Source: Octopus sinensis (taxonomy: Eukaryota). From it: a DNA stretch of 64,000 bases. The stretch is taken from contig NW_021832415.1 in assembly GCF_006345805.1 (NCBI RefSeq), positions 1 to 64,000 of the forward strand, in the 5' to 3' direction. The position numbers were made by a program, and so were the translations under genes. This document shows positions 36,281 through 49,011 of this stretch, piece by piece (within the stretch, counting starts at the first letter, position 1; each line of letters opens with the position of its first letter). A model generated the notes under the pieces. It did no database searches, was not told the DNA's origin, and saw only the letters and a program-made list of their open reading frames with translations.

Positions 36281-38112
36281 ATGTCAAGTCAAAAAACACA
36301 AAAAAACGTAGCATTCATTGGACTGCCCGACGGTGAGCTAATCGTGCAATATCTCTAATTAGAAGAAAAAAATTGTTTAAATGAAGATATTGATGAGTTT
36401 AAGACCTATGCTTCATACTATTTAAAAGATCCGGTGGGAAAATGGAATGAAAAGCGAAAGCTTCCTATAAAAATGTTTGCACAACTGGCCAAAGTTATAA
36501 TCTTCACTGTTCAAGTAAATTTATTTAATATTGTAGATTTATATTTATGGTCAATCTCGACTGGCGAATATTCCGACTTTAACGCTTGATCGTTACTTTA
36601 TTCAAGATTTTGTTAAACATCCGTCTTATTGCCATGAACATTTGCCGTTTGTGATGAGCCTACCTCAAATGTTGAATAATATCAATTTCACATTAAATAA
36701 AGTGACAAACTATTTGATTGAGTATTCATAGTATATCAGTATTGGAAACGACTCGTTGATTGGTTATAATCCCGTAAAACTGAACTCGAACAATCTTTCT
36801 CTTGTTTTAATTTGTCTAAATTACTATCATATCGATGATAAAAACACAAAATTAGACTTAGAGAACAATTTCTTGAAAGTCAGTTTTAAATGGGGTTGAT
36901 TTAATTTATGAATGAATTCAAGTATGTGAGGAAATTGATATATTGTCCAATATGACTACTTTTGACGTTTCAAAAATAACAAAATTTACTGACAATGTAT
37001 TATTATCCAAGTAAGGATAAAAAGTGAATATTAAAGAACCTTCAAAATAAGTCTCACAATGGAATTGATGTCGATGTCAACAACTTGGATGAATAACTCA
37101 GAGCACATCGTGAATGAGCAAATTAAATACAATGTAATATTATTTAATTACTTTTTAGGTCAACATAATTCGATCAAACTTGAACGAAGCTTACAAAATT
37201 GATAGTTCGGCACAACGTCGTTCTTATGGATATTTTTGTAAGTGTCATATCTCGACCATAGTCTTCAAGTATACCCGTACGGTGCACCTTATAGTATCTT
37301 CGTTGGCATTATTGGTGAGTTTTATATCTCTCATCACATGTGTCCGTTCTGTGTTAAAATCCATTTATTTGGCCAAGATTACAAATTCTTACTTTTCTCG
37401 CATAGAGGGAGAAAGTTTGTCGTATTCGGAATTATCAATATACTTCGACATATGGAACTTCATAATTATTTTTACTGACATAAGTAATATTGTTGTCACT
37501 GGAATTTATATTACTCAAATTCACGTTCTTCTGTAGCTTATTTTTTGCAATTTTATTCTCCTTATCTCGCGATTGCTTATGGAATTAACATTCTTCTCAT
37601 TTGGACTGGTCTCCTTCGCTATCTTAGTTTCTTTTCGGGTTTTAACGTATATTATGTTTAAATAATTTTAAGATCCTGATGATGACTCTGACTAGGTCGG
37701 CCCTTTTGGTCCTCCGTTTCATGTCCTGCATAATCATTGTGTATATGGGCTTTGTATTTTGTGGGTTGATAGTTCTTCATCCCTATAATGAAAAGGCTAG
37801 TTTTGTTAATTATTTTTAGTTTGAAACTCTCTACTCATCCGCTATTTCTCTTTTTGCAATAATGAACGGGGATATAATAAATAATACTATGATGTCAACG
37901 GAGGATTCACGCGTCAGATTATTTTCGGACATGTATCAGATCGTGTTTATATCTTTTTTTATATACGTCGTTTTGTCCCTATTTACATCAATTTTTGTGC
38001 AGTTTTTTGAGATTGTACACATGGTTGAGCCTCGCTTTTATTTGTAGAAGTCTCACAATCGATCAGAAACTCGCGACCGAGTGTCGATTTTTTTGGGGAA
38101 TCGCGAAAATGA
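36281..38112 (+). CDS. MCOLN: Mucolipin (TRPML) cation channel, multi-exon
   Basis: YYLKDPVGKWNEKRKLPIKMFAQLAKVIIFTVQ/IYIYG, WTGLLRYLSFFSGFN, SLFAIMNGDI, FISFFIYVVLSLF. Micro-introns of 22-30 nt. One central exon junction is unresolved. Confidence 0.92.
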
Positions 38113-38559
38113 AGAATAAATAAGTTCAAGAAATTACTTTTAATTAAATAAAAATTAAATCTATTATAATTGATATCTTCTTATGTTAATAAGAAATTGG
38201 CCCTTAAAATTTTGTGGCCAATTTGAAAAAACAAATCAATAATTTTAGAATATAAATAATTAAAAAAATGGCTTTAATGAACAAAAATGACTTTTAGTCT
38301 AATTAAAATAAAATGTGCTTTCTAATTGTTATTTTCCAATATTTGCTTTGTAATTTGTTAATTGAGAAATTAGAAAAACTTCATGTTTATTCTCAACATT
38401 AGCTAAAAGTTCTTTATCGTGGCTAAACGCTCATCGCCTTACTTTTACAGTGGTTCCCATTTTTTCTGTTGACCATTTAAAAGTTTCTATCCTGCAAATA
38501 TGAGAATAACCCTTCTGATCGGGGAGAGTTATTCCCATATTTCAGCCACGTTGATGACG

Positions 38560-39110
38560 ACGATACGTCAATGTGCGGGTTGCCCAGACTTCTAAAAAGA
38601 GTCTTGTAAATGATTTTTAAGTTGATCTTTTTATTAGCGATTCCCTCTGAAAATTGATCAACTCCTTCACATTAACTTGGGTAGCACCCAGACCATACTT
38701 AGCCGACACGTAGTCTTTTATGGTCCCTCGCTGTGTACCACGCGCTTTTTCAACATGAAGGATGTCAGCCTTCCTTTGGGATTCACTTGACCCACTCCAC
38801 AAGGTGTCGTGCATCTTAGTAAGAATTTGCTCACTTAAGTGTACAATGTTACTCAGTCCATGTCCTAGCTTCCCGCGAGACAAGTATAATATCTCCTTAT
38901 TGCTTGCAAACAAGTGGACGTGGTTTTCTTGTGACTTATACCCTTGGTGCTTCTCCAAGACTTTGACTAGGTCACCGCACACAGGAGTGTTAGTCGCCGA
39001 CTTTTAGTTGAGTTCCAGATCCACGGCCTTCATAAAACCTTCCAAGGCTTTCCCCATCGAGTGGAGGATCTCTGAAGTCCGAGCGAACAGTTTAATGTCG
39101 TTTATGAACA
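38560..39110 (-). mobile_element. R4/Dong/NeSL-like (RLE class) non-LTR RT fragment
   Basis: HLMFINDIKLFA...MKAVDLELN*KSATN...GYK, then LYLSRGKLGHGL...RKADILHVE. Confidence 0.78.
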
Positions 39111-39733
39111 TGAGATGGTGGCGCTAAAACAATGACAGGTCGAATAACAAAATTCATTTTTAACAAATTATTAGAACTCCGTGTCATTGCACAACTTCCT
39201 TGTTTGTAAATCATTGCCTTCAACCACATACCAACAACCACTATCTACGTCTCGTGAACTGAAAACATGAACACTGTATTCGTTTATTTTTGTATTTTCT
39301 ACTTGTGAGCTATCAAAGGGAATTTGATAGACTCTAATTAACACTTTCATCAAATAAATCTTCACGGAATATGACGATATCAAAGTGAAACAACGTATTT
39401 GCGGCCATGGTGAGCTCAAAAGTTACTACATGAAAATGGAGACGCGTAAAACGGAACATTAATAATTGCCCATTCTTTATTTCCTGTTCTTCGACATTAT
39501 TTTGGAAATAAAATTTAATTTTTTATTGACGTTTTTATAAAATGAATTTTTTACTTTGAAATTTGAGAGAAAATTCATTTCCTCGACAATTTTTGTAATC
39601 TATATGTATTTTTTGTCTTTTTATTATAACTAAAAAAACAATTTTAATGTCCTCAAATGTGCCTAGTATTAGCAAATCAGTTTTAAAAGCCAAATAGCAG
39701 CATACAAGTAATTCTTATCGTTAAATCTGTTTA

Positions 39734-40865
39734 TGTGGACACCTCCGGTGTAATGATCGCTCAAAAGTCGCTCGATTTTTGCGACTGTGAAAAATTAACA
39801 TTTTATCTTGATAATTTAATTTTTGATTGCATATAAAATATTTACGAAATATCTAGAATTACTCAAATACGAAATGGGAATGACTTTTGATTTTGAAAAT
39901 GAAAAAACATATTTTTTAAAAAATGGGCTAAAATTATGTTTTTTCTGTGAAGATGAATTCGAATTAAAGCTTGGGTGTGTTGAGGTGCAACTTAATAAAT
40001 TAAAGTTAGGCAAAACATAACTACAACCACTTGGGGAAAGACCGCCTTTTTCAAAATTAGGAAATCTCTATTATGGATTGAATAAAGAAGAAATACATCG
40101 ACTCGAGGAGAAAGAAATGCGCTCAAATTCTCAGGAGCATAATTCACTTCCACCTTTGTCCGGAAATGTTTTTATATGTTTATAAAACGTGCGTCGAACC
40201 ATTGCTTACCTACGGGTTCGAGAGATGGTACCCTACTGCTGAGAGGAATGGCATTATCGCAAAGCTCGAAAAGACGAGACATCAAATTGGCAAATGGACT
40301 CCAGCTGGACCAACCCATCCCTCAAGAGTTGGAAGACGCGACGGAAACGGTTGAAAGTGTTCTTGAGAGAGCCTTTTCCTCTAGAATCTCTAATTAAACA
40401 TAAAGAAAGAGGGAAACAACGGAGAAGAGGCATACGTTGTCTCATTAACTTTCTCTCTCTTTTTTCCGGCTTTTCCGTTTTAATAAAAAATTCATTCAAA
40501 GAAGAAGAAATATCTAAGGTGATTTCGTTTTGTGCTTTCTGTCAGGTAATAACTCCTTTTAGTAAATATTCTTAGTCGAAAAAAATATTGTCTACGGAGC
40601 CCCCAATTACGCCAATCATTGATGAAAATTTAGGGACAGATACATTGCGGATTTAATTGACCTCAGAAAATATTCGGTGATAAATGATGGCTTTAGCTGG
40701 GTATGAATTTACTATATTTTTAAAATAGATTTCGGTAATTGGGGATTCTTTTTCAAAATATGTAATGCTTGAACTGTCGTTGACCAAATCTTCTGCAGAA
40801 ATCACAAATTTATTCCAAAGAATTCTTTATTATGTCGGGCCACCACTTATTTTACACACTGAATT
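39734..40865 (+). mobile_element. Second Ginger-type element (5' part), intron-containing, interrupted by a 406-bp insertion
   Basis: Starts TGT. KNGLKLCFFCEDE, HNYNHLGKD, NKEEI/SKVISFCAFCQ, DRYIADLIDLRKYS, DSFSKY..GPPLILHT; collinear with 20771-22655. Confidence 0.85.
40096..40501 (+). mobile_element. Truncated LINE-like insertion with 11-bp TSD AAGAAGAAATA
   Basis: Direct repeat at 40085-40095 and 40502-40512; removing the insert restores the Ginger frame. The insert contains RT-thumb-like LYVYKTCVEPLLTYGFERW. Confidence 0.7.
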
Positions 40866-41120
40866 TAATTTATATAAAGTCTTGGAATTAATATTAAGTT
40901 TAATTATATAAATTTTTCTCAAACTTTGCGTGCTAGATTTGCGTTTTAATGTCACGGGAAGAAAGCTTATTCTGGAGTTAAAGCTTAAAATTGTCCGAAA
41001 ATTGTTTCATGAGCGAACGAGATATTGTCAAAAAATATAAAATTAGTAAAGGTTATCTGATAATTCTATTGTTTGAGAGCAGTATCTAGAATGAGACAAA
41101 ATAACATGAACTCTTTAAAT

Positions 41121-42464
41121 CAGTGGTTCTCAACCTGGGGTCCGCGGACCCCTTAGGGGTCCGCGAATGATTCCAGGGGGTCCGCGAGATTTTTCTGAAA
41201 CTTTATTTAAATGTTTCTATTTAATGATAACAATTTTAAATTAATTTATAATAGAATTAAATCATAATTAATAATATCTCTTTTAGATATATTATAAATT
41301 AATATATTTTAATATTCAATAATACTGAGGAGGCTAAATTACTTTAAAGCTGAATGTAACTCAATTATTTATAAAAATCGTATATATATATTTATTTTTT
41401 AGTAAAAGTTAATAAAATTTTTAAGCACGCTATTGATATGAATTCCTCGAATGTTATTAAGATACCCAAATATAATCCTGATTATATTAGCAATGCTTGG
41501 CTTTCATTCTGGCTTTAGAGGCCAAGTTAGACTTGCTAACCAGGAAACGAAACATATGCATTGTATGCTACATCGATATGCACTTGCTGCAAAAACATTA
41601 CCTTCAGATTTAAGATATGTTCTCGATGATGTCGTACATATCATAAATTATATTAAAAAGAGTGCTTTAAATTCGCGCATTTTCAGACTTATTTGCGAAG
41701 AATTTGAAAAGAATGGAAAGGCTTTGTTATTCCACACTGAGGTGAGATGGCTATCTCGGGGAAACATTCTTGCCAGAGTTTTTTCTTTGAGGAATGAATT
41801 ATGTCAAAAGTTTTTTCAAGAATAAATGGAAGAGTCCCAGGGACGATTGCGACTGACTCGAGGACAGTGAGACGAACTGAGTAATTTGGATCATGTTGAA
41901 TCATGTAAAGAAAGGCTTGGATTAAATGGGTTACTACCCTCAATTACTGGACACTTTGAATCTGTGGGATCTTGGAGACGGTTTAGCGACCGAACGGCCT
42001 CAATTCGTACGTGAAACTTTACGTCTCTAACTCTGTCCATCATTGTCTTGTGGATAAGTTCGACTATTTTGAAGTCGAGTTCTGTTTCATCTGGAAAAGA
42101 ATTCAAGATCTTGTTTATGATTTGACAGCAGTGAAGTCGGACATTAAATTTTAGAAAGGCTAACATATTTATGCGAACATGGCTTCTCAGCACTTCTCAA
42201 TATAAAAAATAATCATTGCGCAAGACTGAATATTGAAGATGACATCAGGGTTTGCTTGTCGACAACCGAGCCTCTTATTGAAAAAATTGCCTCGAAAAAA
42301 CAATATCAACCTTCTCATTAATTTTCTCTATTGATTTAATAATAAATTTTGTTTTTAGATAAGTAAAATTTTTTGACAAAAAACTTAATAAATATGTAGG
42401 GGGTCCGCGAAATTTTTCATTTACTCACAAGGGGTCCGCGGACAAAAAAGGTTGAGAACCACTG
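41121..42464 (+). mobile_element. Non-autonomous hAT (Buster) element, 1344 bp, 8-bp TSD CTTTAAAT, carrying host-gene cargo
   Basis: Termini CAGTGGTTCTCAACCT and AGGTTGAGAACCACTG; subterminal GGGGTCCGCG repeats; TSD at 41113-41120 and 42465-42472. Transposase pieces HCMLHRYALAAK..HTEVRWLSRG..LRNEL and TYLCEHGFS..KQYQPSH*. Confidence 0.97.
41801..42160 (-). pseudogene. NCAPG: Captured genomic fragment of condensin I subunit G (HEAT repeats) with a 22-nt intron
   Basis: NVRLHCCQIINKILNSFPDETELD...DRVRDVKFHVRIEAVRSLNRLQDPTDSKCPVIE/AFLYMIQHDPNYSVRLTVLESV..TLPFILEKTFD matches CAP-G; GT-AG intron at 41916-41937. Confidence 0.9.
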
Positions 42465-43603
42465 CTTTAAATAATGGGTCCGTACAATCATATCGTCTTA
42501 GTAAAATTTCACAGATAAGAGACAGTCTGTCGCAGAAATTCGATAAAATTGTTTATGAATGCTTCTTAAAAGCAAGATTTCGTTTCAGGACCTATTTTAA
42601 AACGTTGCTATAAAAGTAGGTAGGAATTTGAACTATACCTCATTCAGAGGTTCGAATGGTTGGCTTGAAAAATTTAAGAAAAAACACAATTTGTCATTTA
42701 AAACAATACAAAGTAAAAAAATCGTGTACTATTTCTTGCCTTGGAATTTTTTTGATAAGTTTTTTTGATAAGTACGATGTATGTTAATAACTATGGCATT
42801 GAAAATATTTTTAACTGCGATGAAACTGTTTTGTACATTAAAAGATTAACATAAAAATAATTTGTAACTTCAGATGAAAATTGTTTTGGAATTAAAAGGA
42901 GTAAAAAATCACTATTTTTTGTCGGTCAGTGCTTGTAGCGAAAAATTGAAACCATTATTAATAGGAAAATATAAATCCCCACGTTGTATGTATAATTTAA
43001 ATTGTTAAACTGCGGATAAATTTAAAGAAAATGCTGAACCTCAATTTTTGGGGAAACCTCTGTTATTTGGGAATTTTTTAATAGGTCCCCAAGATAGAGA
43101 TCATACTGTATTAAGTACAAATACAGGCAAACGGCATCTTTAGCTTGCGCACTTTTAAACAGAGATTCACACAAATTCTCATTTTCTTGTATATGATTGT
43201 ATATTTATTGCCAATCAATTGCAATAAAAATGGTGCTAGACATTTTTGAGTAAATATTTAAACATCAAATTATTTCGAATATGAGTATCAAATTGGTACC
43301 CAGAAAATTTAGTAATGTCACTAGAAAAAATTTTAAATGTTTGTGAAAAACTTAAAAATTGAAATACATTAAAAAAAGTCGATTTATAGCAAATGTAATT
43401 TTTCGAGACTATAAACATCACCCATTCCCATTTCCTCGATATATTGTAAAAGAAAATACGAACCAATAAATAACAACAAATATATTTCAAAATTTTATTA
43501 AACACGTTTTTAATCATTCATTTAAGTTTGATTGTCTAATTAGGTGTATAGTCTCGATCGTTGGTAATGGCCAATTTGTATTATTTGGATGACCAGTATC
43601 TGA

Positions 43604-43700
43604 AAGAATCTCTACTCCAACGTAGTCTTATCGGGTGGAAGCACTTTGTACTCAGGAATGGCCGCTAAAGTGAGCAAAGACTTCAAAAATCTTTATGAAA
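43604..43700 (+). pseudogene. Short actin-family fragment
   Basis: KNLYSNVVLSGGSTLYSGMAAKVSKDFKNL (actin/Arp adenosine-binding motif); the flanks are not coding. Confidence 0.55.
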
Positions 43701-44069
43701 TTCCAAGGCCATTTTTAAAACTTGATTATGGAATTGAGGAGGTGGTTTGGTCCTTCCTAAATTCAACACACAAAATATAGAATTATAACCCAACCAAAAA
43801 AGCATATTTTACTGGAATTTAATTAATGTTTGAACTGATTCAGTTGTTTTTCAGTCATTTCATTAACATTTTCTGAGGCAAAAATGCGTAACGAGCTATG
43901 CTGATGCACAATGGAATGACAGTTGTGTTTATAAGTCTCTACAGGCTTATCTGTATAGTAGAGGGTATAATTAAGCTGCTTCAGATACGAGACCCTTCCC
44001 GAAATTACGGCATCTTTTCAAGAATAATATGTTTATCGAAGTGACCCACAACGAATCACGCTTTCTCTC

Positions 44070-44178
44070 AAACATTTAATCAATTTAAACAATTTTAAAT
44101 AATTTTTTGATTTTTAATGATTTAAATAATTGATTTTTTTGTTGATTAAAATTAAACGATTTAAATTACACAACCCTG
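44070..44178. mobile_element. Orphan hAT-like terminus
   Basis: Ends ...CACAACCCTG (reverse complement CAGGGTTG) with ATTTAAA subterminal repeats; no partner end or TSD was found. Confidence 0.4.
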
Positions 44179-46467
44179 ATTTATACTAAAACTGACCCTG
44201 GGACATCGTCGTCTCAGTTTGATCATTGTGAGCAGGATCGTACCTTTCAGAAGGATCTCCCTCAGTTTGATCGGGGGATTATAATTAACTGGCTTACCCT
44301 GGTCCTTTGGTCAATAAAGTATTTAAAGTATAGTAAAATTAGTCGATTCTAAATCATCAAGCAAATATAAAGGTGAATATTGTGTTATTATTGTCGTTAG
44401 ATCTTCATGAAGTTTTCATTAAATAAACATTCCTTCGCTTTCTTAATAAGCAAAGAATCTTTTTCTAAGGAAGTGCATACTGGAATAACATTTGGCAGGT
44501 TTGTAGCATAATCATTATTTTTGGACTAAAGTCTAACACTGAATTGAAATTGACTTATATTGTCTCTAGTAATAATATTTAAGTCAGGTCGTATTTAAAA
44601 CTGTGGTTTATAAATATCGGCTTTATAGAGCCCCCGCTTGTTTCCAATGAACACAAAATCAGTCTTGGTGTCAGTGAAAAGCTGACGGACGACAAATTCT
44701 ACGCCTTCCTTGTGTATATATACGTCTTTGCTGGAGACGATTCTATAGTTATGGATGTGCTTTCCTATTTATAGACATGACTTTGCCGTGATGAAGTAGA
44801 AGTAGACACTTTTTTCATGTTAGGTAATACTAATAGTTTGTGTTAGTTTAGTCTTAGTAGGGTAGATCATGTCCCCTACACACTGCTTACTCACCAAACA
44901 ACTCTATTTCTTCTCCCATCTATTAATGTCGTGGCTTCACCTTTGTTGTTATGTTTTAGTGAAACAGGGCTATGTTAGATTATTTATAATACTAATCAAA
45001 GTAATGTAGTCATAGTACGTTCTGCCCCTTTTTTAATTATGAATTCTATATCAGTGAGTATAGAGTGTAGTCCCATTGGGGCTCATTGCACATATAGTGT
45101 TCAGAAAATAAAAATTCTTTTTGAATTAAATTATTTTGATTAAAATAACGTACGTAAATTAATAAAGTGAAACACTATCGGTAAATGTCGATTCATCAAT
45201 TTGAATCAAAAATCTTGTTGTTCTTAAAAATAAACATAAAGTTTCAGATCCCATTTAATCAATTCTGGAGGAGACTGAACTATTACTAAAAGAAATTGAT
45301 GAAATTATCTGTTCAGAATCACAATCAACCATTAAATTTAGCACTTCTTTGACAGATGGTAAGATTAAAGACTATTGAATATTATGAGGTTTTCCAGATT
45401 TAGCTATCAATTCTGATACTTTGTATGATGCTAATAGGTCTTTTAAAACTTCTTCGAATTTTTTGTAAATATTTGATTAATCATAAGCCGATTTTTATAA
45501 TTTATCAGACATTTTTAAATATTAAATAAAATTAACAAATATTTTTTAATATTATCAGAAAATTTTTGTTTAAGTACACACAAAACAATTTGAATTTAGA
45601 ATTAATAGAAAAGCACGGGATAATGATTTAGAAAAACTAATACAAATATTTATAATAATTGCCTCTCTAAAATGTTCTAACATTTAAAAACACACGTTTT
45701 TGGGACTACAAATAGGGATGTCGGACAAAACAAACTAAATCAGGGAATGTTTCAATACTTACAAATGTTTAGCCATTCTATTTAATGATATAAAAATTGA
45801 TTTTTTTTTATTTCCTGGAGACTATTTCTTATTTGTTTGGGGGGTTCCTAGATTTTTCCGATCAGTACCTCCTCAACTGTCCTCTTCGATCCACCTCCTC
45901 GACTGCTCCCTACCTTAATCACACTGACCTATTTGACAAAAATCCCTTTCTTACAACAGTCAATAAATCGAATAGCTTTGTCGAATAAACAGGCCATTCC
46001 CAATGATATGGACAGTTCTAAAATTTATAGAAAAAAACGGCATCGCCTAAGACTGTTGGTGAATAAAGACTGTCTCATACAGTCTTTTAAGTTATTGGAA
46101 GGCAAAAATTGTCATGAAACGTGATTTCTAACATTTCCGAATCTTCGAGAAGGTTTTTGTTTTTAAAAACAAGAACCGAGTTGGCCAATCAACATTTTGT
46201 GCAATACTTCAGGCTATTTTATACATAGAACCATCTGATGAGACGTTGGCCTACTGTAGAGAACATAAAAACCAACATGTTGTTAAGGTCCCAGTATTTT
46301 AAAAAGGTTAACCAGTATATAAAAAAATAATTATAAAGATAACATTAAAAATTAAAAAAAAATCTAAATATAATTAACAACGCAATCTGTTACTTTGTAA
46401 TTATTTATAATTATTTAGTATCTGTTACATTTTAAAAATATATAACAATTAATTAGAATATTAATTA

Positions 46468-46990
46468 ATGATTTATATTATTTTTATACATATTATTCAA
46501 ATAACAAGTACACGTGCCTGTTGGGACATCTCCCATTCACTTGTTTGCTCGTTTCCCGCCTCTGATAAACAAAATTCAATCAAATGCAGAGAAGATACAA
46601 AACAAATGTTTTATATTTTTAAAGTAATTAAGTTTGATTCAAAATTCTCGAATTGTGGCCATAAATTCTACATTTTTCAAAGACTGTCAAAAAGTTGTTA
46701 AAATGTTTTTGTGATAACTTAATTTAAATCAGACTGATTCTTAGCTCCAATGTAAAATTGTTTCAACCTTTTGGATTGAGAAATTTGAAGAATCTGCAGG
46801 AAATGTAAAAAGATAAAAATATTTAAGAATTTTAATCAGAAATCATATTTCAGAAATTCAAAAAGACGCATTTGCTGGACTAAAGTTTTTAAAATCAGTG
46901 TAATTTAAATGAATATAAAGCGATAGTAAAATGGTGAAAAATATTATTGAATTTGAAAATAAAAATGTGTTTGAAAATATCAGTGTTATT
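46468..46990 (+). CDS. Second signal-peptide plus LRR gene or gene fragment
   Basis: MIYIIFIHIIQITSTRAC..; LILSSNVKLFQPFGLRNLKNLQE/IILIRNHISEIQKDAFAGLKFLKS, with a 72-nt phase-2 exon. Confidence 0.5.
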
Positions 46991-48710
46991 GGTTAAGATT
47001 TATTGTTTAATATAGGGAGGTACACCAGATTTTAACTTAATCATAAGTTTATTATTTAATAAAATGATAATTTTTACTATTTAAAATAGTATTTTCGTTC
47101 AATCAATTAAAAAATACTTCTCAGCAACTTCTGACAAAAATCAAAAAATTGCATTTTTTTACCAATTTTGATAACATACAAAAGGAGATTTCTTTACTCC
47201 TACTCCTATATTTACTTATAAACGAATAAAGCTAGAATATGGATAGTGCCCGATTATACTTTAGCCTGTTTGTTTATCTTACATAAAATTAAACGAATAA
47301 ACTTGGAAAATGTCTTTTAATGGTCAGATGTTCATATCCCAAAGAGAATTAATCACACATCAACCCAAATTCTCTAAACATCTTTAAATTAAAAAAAACT
47401 TATTGCGATATGCGGACACACACAAGGAACGTTTCATATCAACATTTGAATAAATAGTTGTTATGTACAATTAACGGAATGATAAAGAAATATATCAACT
47501 CAATGACAAATACACAGTTGAAGAAACAGCTTGAAAAATTACGTTGATGACTCATCAAGAAAAGCATTGTTCAAAATGACTTGAGATCAATTAAATGTAT
47601 GGCAAATTTATATAAACTGGCTACAAAGTCTGTCAGCAAAGCAATGGTTGTTCAAAAGAATCTCCATAGCGATTCTAAGGGACAACGCATTCTTTATCAT
47701 AAGTAATTTTGGAATAAGAAATAGAAAAAATAAACTCATTTATAACCATAATCAATGAGAATAATGACATTGTATGAATTTAGAAACAAGTTTTTCCACA
47801 TTTGTTTTTATGTTTGTAAGACGAAGCTGTAGATCTCCTCAACAACGTCTAAGCGGTTAGGCGAAATTGCTGGAATTCTGAATTTTTCTCCAATTGTGCG
47901 AGGTTTATCAGATTTTGCGATGAGTAAAGCAATATTATATGATACAAAAGGAATATCTTCATTCCTTGATTATCAAAAGTAAATATATTCGCCCATTTCT
48001 GTTGATTTTGGTGTTGTATCATTGGTTGGAAAATTTTGACGAAAACTAACGAACTATTCTTTTAGTTACTAACTTTGTCATTTTGTAAAATATTAGCCAA
48101 TTTATTAACTTTTATCTCAAGTACAGCTGATTTATTAATATCTATCATTTTAATAATCGTGGATTGTTTTTGGACAAAATTTTCAGGTCATTGATGATCT
48201 TGACCGACTGGTAGGCACTTTTATGAATTTTTCAGTTAATACTCAAATGGTTCATAATCTAAACAAACAGTTGTGCTGACAATGAGTCCTTTTGACAATT
48301 TGTCGATCTCATGATTGTCCTGATTTCATGCTTGTTAATAATTAATTTATGTTGCCTTTTAACACCAGTGAATTACATACTTGAGGATTGTTTTAAAAAT
48401 ACAATTCATTTTTTAGATTTGTAAGTTATATTGTAATGCGCTGAAATTACAACTGTCGGCGAACCAGCCTATGCGCAACAAAAACTATAAACTCATCATT
48501 GGTGAGTAAAAAATCAAAAATATGCATTAAATACTACCTCGTTTGTTGTCCAAGATAATGTCATCAAAAGATTATTAACGTGGGAATGAGCATCACCCGC
48601 AGTGTATTTCAACTAGATAGGTATGTAAAGTGACTTGATTTGATCACGTCGAAGACTCAATTTTAATTAGTTTATTTATTTACTAAAGTTATATTTGTAC
48701 AATATTTACA

Positions 48711-49011
48711 ATGACCTCTAATGTTGTGATAGGGCAGCCCTTCAGTAATATGGATATTTATTCAGAACAAAAATCAATAAAATCGAATATATTCAGTTTA
48801 ATTGTGAATCAACCAATATTTACACTTGGTTGGATTACTTAAAGTAATTTCAGGATTAACGGGAGCAGGAGTGTCCGTGATTGTCGGATTGCGTGCCATG
48901 TCCAGAGGGGATCAGAAACTGTCGCAATCAATGATGAAGACTCGTGTGGTCTCACAGTTCGTTGCCTTTTGTGGTCTTATCTACGCAATATCGAAAACCA
49001 CTAAGCACTGA
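48711..49011 (+). CDS. HIG1-domain protein (HIGD2A/Rcf1-like), 2 exons, intact
   Basis: MTSNVV...IVNQPIFTL/GLTGAGVSVIVGLRAMSRGDQKLSQSMMKTRVVSQFVAF; 25-nt intron at 48829-48853. Confidence 0.9.

Larger units (their letters stand above)
40950..43108 (+). mobile_element. Decayed pogo/Tigger element hosting the hAT insertion; right TIR ends 43108, followed by TA
   Basis: SNGWLEKFKKKHNLSFKTI, NIFNCDET, KLKPLLIGKYKSPRC. The terminus ...GATCATACTG|TA resembles the 52348 TIR. Confidence 0.8.

Noticed and set aside
44600-44820. SH2-like text (HGKHIHNYRIVSSKDVYI) on the minus strand
   Set aside because: It needs a GC-AG intron, and no FLVRES-like core was seen.
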